64,000 nt of DNA from Limisphaerales bacterium (lineage in GTDB: Bacteria; Verrucomicrobiota; Verrucomicrobiia; Limisphaerales; Palsa-1400): assembly GCA_052139695.1 (NCBI GenBank), contig JBKQWF010000019.1, forward strand, positions 24,570 through 88,569, written 5' to 3'. The translations under genes and the position numbers were made by a program. The notes under the pieces are model-generated. The model had not been told where the DNA came from and made no database searches. It saw only the letters and a program-made list of their open reading frames with translations. The first letter of the stretch is position 1; the number at the start of each line of letters is the position of its first letter. This document shows positions 9,538-19,349 of the stretch, one piece after another.

Positions 9538-9933
9538 TCAATGTGCAGGCTGCTTTGTGCCTAAACGTGTCCAGAGCCAGCACAGAAGGAACAGAAAACC
9601 AGGAGCGGCCATCGCCACGAAAGCAGGGCCTCGCGGGAAACTTGACGACGTCAGACGATCGGCCAGATAAAAGGCGGCGAGACTCGCAACGGTGACGGCC
9701 CCGCCCAAACCCTCCCACCGCCAGGCCAGTGCCATTCCCAGACATACTCCGATGGGGAAGAATAGAAATAAGACCAGCTCGCGCGCCGTAAACCGCGACA
9801 GGTTCAATCCTTCTCCAACGGCGAAGCAGAGAACGACCCCTGCCACGACAATGCTCAATACTCTTGCCGACCATCGCAGAACGCAAAGCGAAAGTAATTG
9901 CCATGTCGTTGGGTGATTGAGTTCTTCATTCAT
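9538..9933 (-). CDS. Hypothetical 4-TM membrane protein
   Basis: RWSARVLS...G-x-x-LAWRWE-x-x-GG pattern; hydrophobic 131 aa. Confidence 0.7.
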   Translation of the reverse strand: MNEELNHPTTWQLLSLCVLRWSARVLSIVVAGVVLCFAVGEGLNLSRFTARELVLFLFFPIGVCLGMALAWRWEGLGGAVTVASLAAFYLADRLTSSSFPRGPAFVAMAAPGFLFLLCWLWTRLGTKQPAH

Positions 9934-10050
9934 GACCGGAGGGTAACCCCGTTGTTGGCCGGGGTGTTAATTGAAAAAACATCTGAACCTATTGATAAAA
10001 ACGATGACGAGAAGCCTGGAGGACGCCGGCGGACCGCTAATCACAAAACG

Positions 10051-10085
10051 GAAAAGCGGCTGAACTGTTGCCAGTGCAGCCGCTT
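10051..10085 (-). terminator. Rho-independent terminator of the 10117-10737 gene
   Basis: Perfect 9-bp stem AAGCGGCTG/CAGCCGCTT continuing into a short T run on the minus strand, about 30 nt after the stop. Confidence 0.6.
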
Positions 10086-10116
10086 GGGTGGGTGGGGGGC
10101 CTTCAAACCTCGTCTG

Positions 10117-10737
10117 TCAGTGTAATTGTATCAAAGGATCGTTGTTCCATTCTTTGGCCTTTTTGCGCTCCGCCTCAACCGTGCCTGTGAAACGTTCTGG
10201 CAACTGCCCAGCCCTAAACGCCGCGGTCCGCATCCCCATTCTGGAGCGATAAGTCGCGGACGTGCCTCTTCGAATTCTCCAAATCTCGTCCAAGAGCAGG
10301 TTGGGCAACTCCCAATTCATCAGGGAGCACGGACAAGCTCTGTGCCGCCATCCGGTCCGGGGCGCGGGGCTATATTTTTTTTGCGCTCGCAGCAGATAGC
10401 GTCTCCCTGTCATGTAAGATATCCCAAAGTTCGCAAAGTCCTTTCGCGTCGCCCAATCGCGGCCCTTCAGGAAGTCAACAAACTCCTGGTATTGGTTTTC
10501 GTAAACGGACAATTTTGGTTTTCCGAGTTTCGCCCTTTTTTGGCGGACAAATTCGCGGGTGCATCCAATTCTTTCACTCAGCCGAATATTTGGTTGACTC
10601 CAATCTAAGGATTTCCAGTCAATGTTAAATTTTGTCACTTTGGGCTTATTGAGCAGGGGGCGATACTTGCTCACAGCCTCAGGGGAAACGCCCTTTTCTC
10701 GCGCCAGGGCACTGTCGGTTGCGAATTCGATGCTCAT
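10117..10737 (-). CDS. Basic hypothetical protein with two putative HTH-like repeats
   Basis: DWSQPNIRLSERIGCTREFVRQKRAKLG and NWELPNLLLDEIWRIRRGTSATYRSRMG share W-x-x-P-N...R-x-x-x-G; K/R-rich; has its own terminator. Confidence 0.6.
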   Translation of the reverse strand: MSIEFATDSALAREKGVSPEAVSKYRPLLNKPKVTKFNIDWKSLDWSQPNIRLSERIGCTREFVRQKRAKLGKPKLSVYENQYQEFVDFLKGRDWATRKDFANFGISYMTGRRYLLRAQKKYSPAPRTGWRHRACPCSLMNWELPNLLLDEIWRIRRGTSATYRSRMGMRTAAFRAGQLPERFTGTVEAERKKAKEWNNDPLIQLH

Positions 10738-10789
10738 GACACGGCGATAAAGGCGTGTTTCATCTTCGTGCGCATAAATACCATCCCAC

Positions 10790-10840
10790 TGTTAAGCTTT
10801 GATTTGAAAAGCGCGGGAGAATTGTTAAGGAAGTGTTAAT
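10790..10840 (+). promoter_or_regulatory. Phased TGTTAA direct repeats (candidate OmpR/PhoB-type operator)
   Basis: TGTTAAG at 10790 and 10823, TGTTAAT at 10834; spacings of 33 and 11 nt, in an intergenic region between divergent genes. Confidence 0.4.
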
Positions 10841-11001
10841 TCTGCTCATTTGCCGCTTCTCCAGGCCTTGTTTAGGCTGTTGCCAGCGTCTTCCGGTTTG
10901 AAGGCATGGCGCAGGGCCCACTCGCCTTTGCGAAAGAATTCCTGAAACAAATCTGATTTGGGCGAGTTATCAAGGAAAGGTGTAGATGAAAGGACACCGC
11001 T

Positions 11002-11265
11002 GTGGAGCGGCCCATGAATGCGAGCATATTGAATTATCCAGGTTTCCAAGATTTGCCAAAAGGCGTTAAGCAAATGCTTGTGGTGACCGAGGCGCACTTT
11101 TTCGATGAAATCGCGTCTCATCATCAGGAGCAAGAGGAGATGCCTCAAGAAATGAGAATCCGCCAAGGCTCAAGGGTGTTTTCGAGGAGACGATTGATCA
11201 TAGATCAATGCGGGCCGTTGCGCTGGAGGCATTTAAACCGAGTCCTTCAAGGCAACCTTCGCTGA
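11002..11265 (+). CDS. Small hypothetical protein
   Basis: 87-aa ORF (likely start MNASILNYPGF at 11017); no recognisable family. Confidence 0.45.
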   Translation: MERPMNASILNYPGFQDLPKGVKQMLVVTEAHFFDEIASHHQEQEEMPQEMRIRQGSRVFSRRRLIIDQCGPLRWRHLNRVLQGNLR

Positions 11266-11333
11266 GAACCGATAGCGGTCGGGGGCGGGGCCTTGGTTGG
11301 AAGGTTCAGGCGGGAATTGCCTCATGAGCCCGC

Positions 11334-11861
11334 ATGAGGCAATATACGAACGGTTGGTTTGTCGAAAATGATGGTTGGTCTGTTGATCGGTTGTCTATGA
11401 ATATCCTTAATGTTCTGTACTTCGCGTTCCTCGCGGTGAGTGCCACCGCGGCGGACAATCCCTACAACGAGGCGGCCGATGCCAGGCTTGAAATTGACCA
11501 GGCGTTGGCGCAGTCCGCCGCGACCATGACCCCAATCATCCTTGTCTTTGGCGCCAACTGGTGCGGAGACTGCAAAATGTTGGACTCCGCCATGAAGAAC
11601 GGGGCCAGCGCCTCGCTCCTGTCGCGGGATTTCAAGATTGTCAAAGTGAATGTCGGGCATTTTGACAAGAACCTGGATCTCGCCAAGTCCTATGGGGTGC
11701 CTTTGTCGAAGGGTATCCCTGCCGTCGTCATCATTTCCGCCAAGAAGGAGGTGTTGTATGTCACACGGGAAGGAGAGCTTGCCAACGCCCGGCAAATGGG
11801 GGACAACGGGATCTACGAGTTCTTCAAGCGCGCGACGGCATCGACGAAGGCAATCAAGTGA
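11334..11861 (+). CDS. Secreted thioredoxin-family protein
   Basis: LVFGANWCGDC active site, GIPAVVI cis-Pro; signal peptide from an internal Met (MNILNVL). Confidence 0.85.
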   Translation: MRQYTNGWFVENDGWSVDRLSMNILNVLYFAFLAVSATAADNPYNEAADARLEIDQALAQSAATMTPIILVFGANWCGDCKMLDSAMKNGASASLLSRDFKIVKVNVGHFDKNLDLAKSYGVPLSKGIPAVVIISAKKEVLYVTREGELANARQMGDNGIYEFFKRATASTKAIK

Positions 11862-12324
11862 GGGCATCTATTCTTTTGCTCATCGGGAAGCGGTCATAGG
11901 CGTGAAAGCCGAAGCTTTTATATAAAGCCTGCGCTTCCACATTGTCTCGTTCGACCAAAAGCTCCAACGCCCGCAGGCCCAAGCCCCGGCAAAAATCTTC
12001 GACATGCCTGAGAGCCTTCCGGCCATAACCTTTCCTCCGATGTCGCGCCTCGAGGTAAAGATCGGTAATGATGCCAATGCGACCGCCCAACTCCAGGTCC
12101 GCGCCGAAAGTCAAAATTACGTATCCGATGGATTGACGCTCCCGCATTATCAACCAGGCGCGCCCCAATGACGGGTCGTTAAGGAAAGCGGCCAATCCAG
12201 AGCGAATCTCCGCTTCGACAAACGGAATCTGATCGGACGCATAATATTGGCGGATTAAATCCGTCAACCTGTTCCCGTCCCGGTCCGTGGCCAGTTTGAA
12301 CACAATTTCGTCACCTGCTGTCAT
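11854..12324 (-). CDS. GNAT family N-acetyltransferase
   Basis: DLYLEARHRRKGYG acetyl-CoA motif A; N-x-x-A-x-x-LYKSFGF. Confidence 0.9.
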   Translation of the reverse strand: MTAGDEIVFKLATDRDGNRLTDLIRQYYASDQIPFVEAEIRSGLAAFLNDPSLGRAWLIMRERQSIGYVILTFGADLELGGRIGIITDLYLEARHRRKGYGRKALRHVEDFCRGLGLRALELLVERDNVEAQALYKSFGFHAYDRFPMSKRIDALT

Positions 12325-12646
12325 GGTCGTAAAATTACCCTCGATGCCGACATAACGTTCGTCAAGTGAAATGGAGAATCATCCCACGGGCAATCGCGCT
12401 TCACTGCGGCTGGTGGCATCGGCAATAATCCGCGTCATGGCCGCAAAAACCGCATTGCCCTGGCGCCTGTCTTCGCTCAATATCTGGGGATGCTGGCCCG
12501 CGCTTTGGCCGCTGACTTGTCCGCCGTGGACCCTCCATTGAGGGGACGATGGGGGACGTCAATGGCATTGAAGCCCTCCTGTCGAGGTGGAAGTTAATTC
12601 CGGGTGGGGCGAAGCGAAAAGACTCGGAAAATAACGGAGAAAATAT

Positions 12647-13132
12647 ATGAGCGAACAAATCGATCAAATCGATCAATTTACCCGGCACGCGGTTAAGGAG
12701 GTCTTTCAGAGCATGGTGTCCATGGAGGTCAGCGCCGAACCTCCAAGCCCGCTCACAGCGGACCCGGAGGGGGAAATTATGGGGTCGGTCGGCTTCATCG
12801 GCGAAGCCACCGGAGTCATTTACGTCCGTGCCCGGATAACCTTTGCCCGGACGATTACCAGTCGTATTCTGGGGATCTCGGAGTCGGAGGTGGGCTCTGG
12901 AGAGATGTTGACCGACGCAATCGGAGAATTGAGCAACATGGTGGTGGGCTACGTTAAATCGCGGCTGTGCGACGGCGGCTTTTCTTGTGTTCTCACGATC
13001 CCCTCGGTGGTTCGGGGGCATGAGTTGAAGGTGCAGGTTCCCTCACAAGTCACAAGAAGAACAATCGGATTTCACCACGGCAAGAACCATTTGTTAGCGG
13101 AACTGCTGTTAAAGGACCCCACAGCGAAATGA
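12647..13132 (+). CDS. cheX: CheX-like chemotaxis phosphatase
   Basis: GSVGFIGEATG and DAIGELSNMVVG (E-x-x-N motif), LTIPSVVRG. Confidence 0.88.
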   Translation: MSEQIDQIDQFTRHAVKEVFQSMVSMEVSAEPPSPLTADPEGEIMGSVGFIGEATGVIYVRARITFARTITSRILGISESEVGSGEMLTDAIGELSNMVVGYVKSRLCDGGFSCVLTIPSVVRGHELKVQVPSQVTRRTIGFHHGKNHLLAELLLKDPTAK

Positions 13133-13133
13133 G

Positions 13134-14258
13134 ATGAAACAATTATTGATCCTCTGGACGGCAGGGTGGTTTCTCTTTCCAATGGCAGACCATGGCGCGG
13201 AGACGGCGCAAGCACGGCTCTTCTGTCTCTCGCTCCAATTCTCGGAAGGCGTCGCGCCGTCAGGAGGGAATGTGAAGTTGAGCAGCATTTCGGGGGCGGA
13301 CAACGGGGAGTTGATGCCATATTCGGGCACGACATGGGCCAGCGACCTGGCACTGAAGTGGCAGGGCATGTCGGATAGCGGGGCGATTTCAGATGGCAAT
13401 GGGATTTATGTGGAGCTGCTGCCGTTCGTGGACGCCGATAACGACGGCTACAACGATTTCTTTGAGGTTGCGCAAGCGGTGGGGCAAGTCAGCACATCCG
13501 GGAACTATTGGACGAGTTCTTACTTTTACGGCAGAGTCACCGCGACCTGGAGCCGGGAGGCTGGCTCGCAAGTTGGCACGTGCATCCTCACCTTGAACGA
13601 TGCCACGTTTGGGGGCTTGGGCAACTTCACGTGTCCTTTCGAGCTGCTCGAATACACCGGCCCATTGACCTATACGCCCGGCTCCAATACGGTCGAGGCG
13701 AACCTCAGCCTCACGCAAACCGGCGATGTGTCGAACACACTGCAGGGACCAATTGACTTCGATAAATCCTCCACCGACCGATTTGACACACTGACCAATG
13801 AGCCTGGCATCTGGACCAACGCCCTGCCGCAGCCGCTCTCGTTTGACGCGGAAGTATTTACACGCAGCGCTCCGGACTGGCCAACCAATTACGGCGGCTA
13901 CATCTACTTTGACAACGGCGATCCCAGCACGCCCCAGCCCGCTTACCAATTGTGGGTGCTCTCCATCGACGACCCCAACGACAGCAACGGCAACGGCATC
14001 CCGGATTTCAGCGATGATCCGGCCAGTGTGCTGCCGCCGCCGCGCGCGCCGTCGCTCGCGCTTGCGCTCGGCCCCACCAACCTGCTGCTGACGATCAGCG
14101 GAGACGTTAACCACACCCATCAAATCCAGGAAACCGGCAGTTTGGCGCCGGCTAACTGGCAGACGGCGCTTTCCTTCCTGCTGACCAATGATCCGCAGGT
14201 AGTTTCCCTGGCGTTGCCAACCGGAACCTCGAATTTCTGGCGCGTGGTGGCGCGGTGA
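13134..14258 (+). CDS. Secreted beta-rich protein with Ca-binding D-x-D-x-D-G motifs and a verrucomicrobial-type C-terminal domain
   Basis: Signal peptide; DADNDGYNDFFE and DSNGNGIPDFSD; tail ...QIQETGSLAPANWQT...NFWRVVAR. Confidence 0.75.
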   Translation: MKQLLILWTAGWFLFPMADHGAETAQARLFCLSLQFSEGVAPSGGNVKLSSISGADNGELMPYSGTTWASDLALKWQGMSDSGAISDGNGIYVELLPFVDADNDGYNDFFEVAQAVGQVSTSGNYWTSSYFYGRVTATWSREAGSQVGTCILTLNDATFGGLGNFTCPFELLEYTGPLTYTPGSNTVEANLSLTQTGDVSNTLQGPIDFDKSSTDRFDTLTNEPGIWTNALPQPLSFDAEVFTRSAPDWPTNYGGYIYFDNGDPSTPQPAYQLWVLSIDDPNDSNGNGIPDFSDDPASVLPPPRAPSLALALGPTNLLLTISGDVNHTHQIQETGSLAPANWQTALSFLLTNDPQVVSLALPTGTSNFWRVVAR

Positions 14259-14289
14259 TTTACCCTCAGGCGCCGCGGATCAATTACAA

Positions 14290-15183
14290 CTAGAGCGGCA
14301 GGGTGCTCCACTCCACTTTCAAGGTGCTGCTTTTGCCAGCGGGCAAGGTATGGCGGTTGTCCGCCACGTTGCCGGATTCGACGCAGATCATCTGGTGAAA
14401 TTCCTCCCCGCCAAAATCGGGCATTTCCTCCGCCTTTTCCGCCCACGGATTCCACAGCACGGTGGACTGAGAGCCGGATTTTTCAATGCGGATGCGCCGG
14501 CCCAGTTTGGAATCGTGGATTTCGATCGGCCCGCAGGAATCCAGATAAGTGCGGTCCGTTTCCCGCGATATTTTGAGGTGTTCGTCGCGTTCGGTCTTGC
14601 GGATGAAACTCTCCGTTTTATCCAGGTAATCGGACCCCTTTAAGCCGGTGATGGACACGGCCCCGATATCGCCGACGTGGAAATAAGTGTGCAAACAATC
14701 CTCGAATCTGAGGTCCTGGCTGTCAGAAAGGTTGGTGACTGCCAATTGGGCGACGAGTGTTTTGCCCACCGTCACCCAGTAATCCACGGAGAACTTCCCA
14801 AAGAGCGCCGCGGCGGGCAATTCAGGCAAAACGAAACGCACCGTGACTTCACCCGCTGAGGTTTGGGCCACCTCGCGCAATTCCCAGGTCTCAACGCGGG
14901 CAAAGCCGTGCGCGCTCTGCCCTTCACGTGAACCGAACCAGGGAAAAATGATGGGGATGCCGCCGCGGATGGGGACTCCTTCGGTAAAACGGCTTAACTG
15001 GCTCAGGAACAGGAGGGGCGGTTCGTCTTTCTTTTGAAAACGCGTGATGTGCGCTCCATGCAGATAGATTTCCGCGCTGCTCCAGGCAGTATTGATTTCC
15101 AGCCGGGGCAATTCGCCATTGCCTTCTGAGAACAAGACACGGCCGGGGATTTCGAGGGATTTTTGCCACTGCGTCGTTGCCAT
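14290..15183 (-). CDS. D-hexose-6-phosphate mutarotase (aldose 1-epimerase family, YeaD-like)
   Basis: IRGGIPIIFPWFG, HGFAR, LHTYF, VLWNPW, MICVE; TATACT -10-like element upstream. Confidence 0.92.
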   Translation of the reverse strand: MATTQWQKSLEIPGRVLFSEGNGELPRLEINTAWSSAEIYLHGAHITRFQKKDEPPLLFLSQLSRFTEGVPIRGGIPIIFPWFGSREGQSAHGFARVETWELREVAQTSAGEVTVRFVLPELPAAALFGKFSVDYWVTVGKTLVAQLAVTNLSDSQDLRFEDCLHTYFHVGDIGAVSITGLKGSDYLDKTESFIRKTERDEHLKISRETDRTYLDSCGPIEIHDSKLGRRIRIEKSGSQSTVLWNPWAEKAEEMPDFGGEEFHQMICVESGNVADNRHTLPAGKSSTLKVEWSTLPL

Positions 15184-15386
15184 AATGTTTCAGTTGGCGC
15201 GAGTATAGCGTAGGGCGAAAAAAGTTAAAACCTAAGAAATGCTTTTTCTTTTAGCTGCCGAATCATAGGCGATAAGTTTGCTGACCTACGAAAATGGCGA
15301 ACCTGGCCAGAGGAAGGACCCGTCGGCGGGACGCCAACGGGAGCGGTCGAGACGACCGCGCTCTCCCGAAAAGTCGCGATTGGGGT

Positions 15387-16139
15387 TCACCCTTCCGACA
15401 GGGCGCTCAACAGGGCCTGAAGCTCCGCCTCAGCCTGGGAGGGGTCGGAAAGTGTTTGCGCGATTTCCTCACGCAGAAGTTCGCGGTAACGCCGGCGCAA
15501 GCGATGCACCGCCACCCGCACGGCGCCTTCGGACATTTCCAGCGCGGCGGCGGCCTGGGCGTAGGGAATGTCGCTTTTGCCCAGCATCAAAAACGGCTTC
15601 AACTTTTCATAGAGCCTGGATTTGCCCTCCGCGCCGTTTTCGTCACGCAGGCGGATAATGACCCGTTCGAGCACGGTCAGGGCCCAGGCGCGGTCATAGA
15701 GTTTGTCGGGGCTCAGATGGTCGGCGGGAATAAATTGATAACGGAGGTCCGCATCCTGCCAATCAAGCGAAAGCGTGGGTGCTCCGCCGCCACGCTTCTG
15801 GCGGTTGGCGCGGTCCCATTCATTGGCCAGGAACCGTTTCAACGCCACCAGGAGGAAGGCGCGGAATTTGCCTTTGTCGCTGCTGAGGCCTTCCAGGTAG
15901 TTCTTCTCCAGCAAACGGGCGAAAAATCCTTGCGTGAGGTCTTCGGCATCCTCGCGGGAATGACCGTGCCGGCGAACATAGGCATAAAGCGGATACCAAT
16001 AGGTGCGGCACAATTCTTCCAGGGCAACGGCGGCTTGCGGGCCGCCGCGATGCCCGGCCGCCAGCACAACCGTCCAGCGGGTGGTGGCAAAAACTTCGCC
16101 GGCCGCGCTGGAGCCTGGGGTTGGATGGTCTTGAGTCAA
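15387..16139 (-). CDS. ECF sigma-70 factor (kinase-associated type)
   Basis: FATTRWTVV N-terminus, LC-x-x-YWYPLYAYVRR, DAEDLTQGFF, QKRGGG, VAVHRLRRRY. Confidence 0.92.
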   Translation of the reverse strand: MTQDHPTPGSSAAGEVFATTRWTVVLAAGHRGGPQAAVALEELCRTYWYPLYAYVRRHGHSREDAEDLTQGFFARLLEKNYLEGLSSDKGKFRAFLLVALKRFLANEWDRANRQKRGGGAPTLSLDWQDADLRYQFIPADHLSPDKLYDRAWALTVLERVIIRLRDENGAEGKSRLYEKLKPFLMLGKSDIPYAQAAAALEMSEGAVRVAVHRLRRRYRELLREEIAQTLSDPSQAEAELQALLSALSEG

Positions 16140-16144
16140 ACGGA

Positions 16145-18442
16145 CTAGTGAGCCAGTTCGGTTAGAGTCTGATCGCGCAGGTTCCCATCGCTAATATCCT
16201 TCGCGATATCGATCGCCTGCATTCTCAGCCCGTGTTTGGCGAGCTGGAGAGCGCTTTCGCGGGCCGCCTGGTTGCGTTGGTTAAAGTCGCGCATTTGGCG
16301 AAGAGCATTGTTGACAAGTTCGATGTCGCCGGTCTTCGCCGCATCGACCGCCACCGCGCCCAAGGCGCTGTCTCTCGCCTCGCCGTTGCCGATCGCGGCA
16401 GCCGCAGCCAGGCGGCCGGCCAGTGTCTGGCGGGCTGCCTCTAACTCTTGATTGGAAAGATTGGTCGCTCCCGCGCTTTCCGTCTCTGTGCCGCCAAGGC
16501 TGGCCGTTCCGCTGCCGCCGCCAAAGGCCTGGTTGGAAATCTCCTCATTTTCCAAAGGATTTCCCTGCTCTGCCCGGGCGTGGGACAGATGAATCATCCG
16601 CCACGGATTCTGGTATCGATGCCTCTGAAGCGCGAATAGAACTGCCAACGCCGCAACCGTCAGGATCAAAACGGCCAGTCCGGGGTTGGGCGCGAACGGT
16701 TTTCCACCGACTCCTCCCGCGACAGGCGGCGGCGGTGGTGGCGAGCCTGGCATACGCACCGTGCCGGTAGGGCCGATGCCAGGCGAGGCTGGCGCGGGAC
16801 TTGTCGCTCGCACGCCGCCAAAAATGTCTTCATAGGCATACGTGGCCGCGATCAGCGCGATGGGCGCGGTGAGAAACAGCCCAATGACCAGGCAAAGGCC
16901 GCCGACCACGTAGAGCAACAGGGCGAGCAGGAAGAACCCAAAGAATTTCCACCAATGCCGCGTGATGACCTTCCGGCTCAACTCCATCGCCGGCCAGAAG
17001 TCCAACCCTTTATCAATGACCAGCGGCAAGGTGAACCACCAGGCCACAATCAGATAGATGCCAGGCAAAATGAAGCAGAAAAATCCAAGAGCGGTCAGCA
17101 CCCATGTGACGAAGCCGGCTAAAAACAGATGGAGAAACCGATTATTAAAACCGGAGAAGGTGGTTTCAATATTGACAGGTTCCCCGCGAATTTTTTTCAG
17201 GTAATAAAGCGATAATCCACCCAGAAGCGGACCATAGACGAGCATGCCCAAGACCGAGGTGCCAAGCGAGAATTCGCTGTTCGAGAAGCTATGGCTGGCA
17301 AACGCGCCGCCTGCCGACCCGGCAAACGCCAGGAGCGCCAGGACCAGCGCGGTCGCGCCAACCAAGGGCCAAAAATCTCCGCGGATCAGCGCCCAGGCGC
17401 GGCGCAGGCAACTGCGGATGTTCAACGCATAATCACGCGCCAAAATATCCTGGGCCATCCCATCCGGATTGGGCGGCGGAGGCGGCGCGGTGCTGGCAAT
17501 GATGTCCACCGCGGTCTTGACCTGGCTGGCCTGCTGGTAACGGCGTTGCGGGTCCTTTTCCAGAGCATGGAGCACCACTTCGTCCAGGCGTACATCGACC
17601 TCGACTTTGCGGGAGGAAGGCGGCGCAAACTTGCCCAAGGGCAATTCGCCCGTCAGCATCTCATAGAACACCACGCCCAACGAGAAAATGTCCGCGCGAT
17701 GATCGACCGCGGCTGGCCTCTCCACCTGTTCCGGCGCCATGTAATGGGGCGTGCCGATGGCGCCCTGAGTTTCGGTGATGGCAACCGCGCCAGGGGCGCC
17801 CATGATTTTGGCGATGCCAAAATCGGCGATTTTCACCCTCCCTTTTTTGTCCACCAGAATATTCTCCGGTTTAATATCGCGATGGACGATCCCTTCGTCA
17901 TGGGCGAATTGCAGGGCCTCGCAGATTTGCGGAACAATCTGCAAAGCCTCGCGCGGCGAAAGCTGGCCGGCTCGTTCCAATTCGCGGAGGTTCAGGCCAT
18001 CCACGAATTCCATGATAAAGTAGGGCTGTCCATTGACCTGGCCGAATTCATGCACGGCCACGATGTTGGGATGAGTCAATTTAGCCAGGGCGCGCGCTTC
18101 GCGATTGAACCGCTCAATAAAGCCGGGACCGGTGGCGGTCTCCGGCGGCAGGATCTTCAGCGCCACAAGACGATCCAAGGCCGGCTGGCGCGCCTTATAG
18201 ACCACGCCCATGCCGCCCTTGCCGAGCAGGGCGAGGATTTCCAGTTGCGGAAACAGGCGGGCGACTTCTTCGAGGCTCGGCGGCTGGAACAGCGGGGGTT
18301 CCGGTTCGACGCCAGTATCCGCTGTCGCCCCCTGTTTCAGCAGGCAGGAGGGGCAAAGACCGGCCAACACCCCGGATGGCAGCGGCGCTCCGCATTGCGG
18401 GCATTTCGATTCCATACTTTGGTTCGGTTGAGCTTCACTCAT
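16145..18442 (-). CDS. Membrane-bound Hanks-type Ser/Thr protein kinase
   Basis: N-terminal CxxC-CxxC; GKGGMGVVY, VALK, HRDIKPEN, DFG, GTPHYMAPE; multi-TM region and helical C-terminus; AGGAGG SD. Confidence 0.95.
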   Translation of the reverse strand: MSEAQPNQSMESKCPQCGAPLPSGVLAGLCPSCLLKQGATADTGVEPEPPLFQPPSLEEVARLFPQLEILALLGKGGMGVVYKARQPALDRLVALKILPPETATGPGFIERFNREARALAKLTHPNIVAVHEFGQVNGQPYFIMEFVDGLNLRELERAGQLSPREALQIVPQICEALQFAHDEGIVHRDIKPENILVDKKGRVKIADFGIAKIMGAPGAVAITETQGAIGTPHYMAPEQVERPAAVDHRADIFSLGVVFYEMLTGELPLGKFAPPSSRKVEVDVRLDEVVLHALEKDPQRRYQQASQVKTAVDIIASTAPPPPPNPDGMAQDILARDYALNIRSCLRRAWALIRGDFWPLVGATALVLALLAFAGSAGGAFASHSFSNSEFSLGTSVLGMLVYGPLLGGLSLYYLKKIRGEPVNIETTFSGFNNRFLHLFLAGFVTWVLTALGFFCFILPGIYLIVAWWFTLPLVIDKGLDFWPAMELSRKVITRHWWKFFGFFLLALLLYVVGGLCLVIGLFLTAPIALIAATYAYEDIFGGVRATSPAPASPGIGPTGTVRMPGSPPPPPPVAGGVGGKPFAPNPGLAVLILTVAALAVLFALQRHRYQNPWRMIHLSHARAEQGNPLENEEISNQAFGGGSGTASLGGTETESAGATNLSNQELEAARQTLAGRLAAAAAIGNGEARDSALGAVAVDAAKTGDIELVNNALRQMRDFNQRNQAARESALQLAKHGLRMQAIDIAKDISDGNLRDQTLTELAH

Positions 18443-18664
18443 ACTCTCCTCCTAAGCAAATTCCAAAGAATGTTACAGAGAAACGAGAGAGACCAGCCCA
18501 TCACCGATGGTTCATAAAATCCATGACGGAGGGGCGCCGGTGCTCCGACGCGCAAATTGTGGGCATAGCAGCAGCTCCGCCCCGGCAACGGCCAGCAACG
18601 CAAAGGTTCATGGAACAGCTTTGCGATCCTCATGTCTGTCATCCCCCGCGCCAACGTGCAACCT

Positions 18665-19150
18665 TCAGAGGTTGGTGCCGAGGGGATTGGGAGGATTGAA
18701 ATCGACGCCGTTGGAGGGCAATAGCCTTTCGACAGAAGGAACCGCGTTGGTAGTGCGCGGACCGGGTGCCGCCGAGGTCTTGGCATGGGACTGGACCGCT
18801 GGCGCGGCATTGGTCAATTCCAGCGGGTCCGGCACCCCCTCTTCCGTGTCGGGGCTTTGCTGGAGCCTTTGCTGAAATCGTTCCCAGTAAATGCCCAAAA
18901 CCAAACCCGCCACGAGCACCGCGGCCGCGGCGGCGTAGGAAAGCCGCGGTCGAAGGACCACCGCGCGCCAAGCCTTGTCGGCCCGAGCGTCGGAGATTTC
19001 CTCAGGTGTGGCGCCGGAGGCGCCCGCTTCCGGCCAGTCCCATTTGGCTGAACATTTTGGGCAGGTGACATGGACAGTGCCGCCGGTGGCAGTGATGCGG
19101 AATTTCTGTCCGCATCGTGCGCACTGCATCATAAGCGTCGCAGAAGTCAT
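18665..19150 (-). CDS. Zn-ribbon membrane-anchored hypothetical protein
   Basis: CARCG...CPKC, one TM helix, low-complexity tail. Confidence 0.6.
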   Translation of the reverse strand: MTSATLMMQCARCGQKFRITATGGTVHVTCPKCSAKWDWPEAGASGATPEEISDARADKAWRAVVLRPRLSYAAAAAVLVAGLVLGIYWERFQQRLQQSPDTEEGVPDPLELTNAAPAVQSHAKTSAAPGPRTTNAVPSVERLLPSNGVDFNPPNPLGTNL

Positions 19151-19349
19151 CCAACGACCGCATTAAAGAGCGATTTCGCCGAGGAAAGTCAAGCCGCGGT
19201 TGCATCCGGTGCATCCGGGATGCGATTTGGGCGAAAGGGTCAAAATGTAAGCAGACAGCATCTTGGCGAAGAAAAAGATAACTGCCTTGAACTCGTCGGG
19301 AAAACTTACATGGCGAATGGATCACTTTCGATGCGTTCGGTGCGTCATC

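Noticed and set aside
15195-15210. sigma54-like TGGCGCGAGTATAGCG on the + strand
   Set aside because: Points at no gene; better explained as the reverse complement of a TATACT -10 box for the mutarotase. It shows such motifs can arise by chance.
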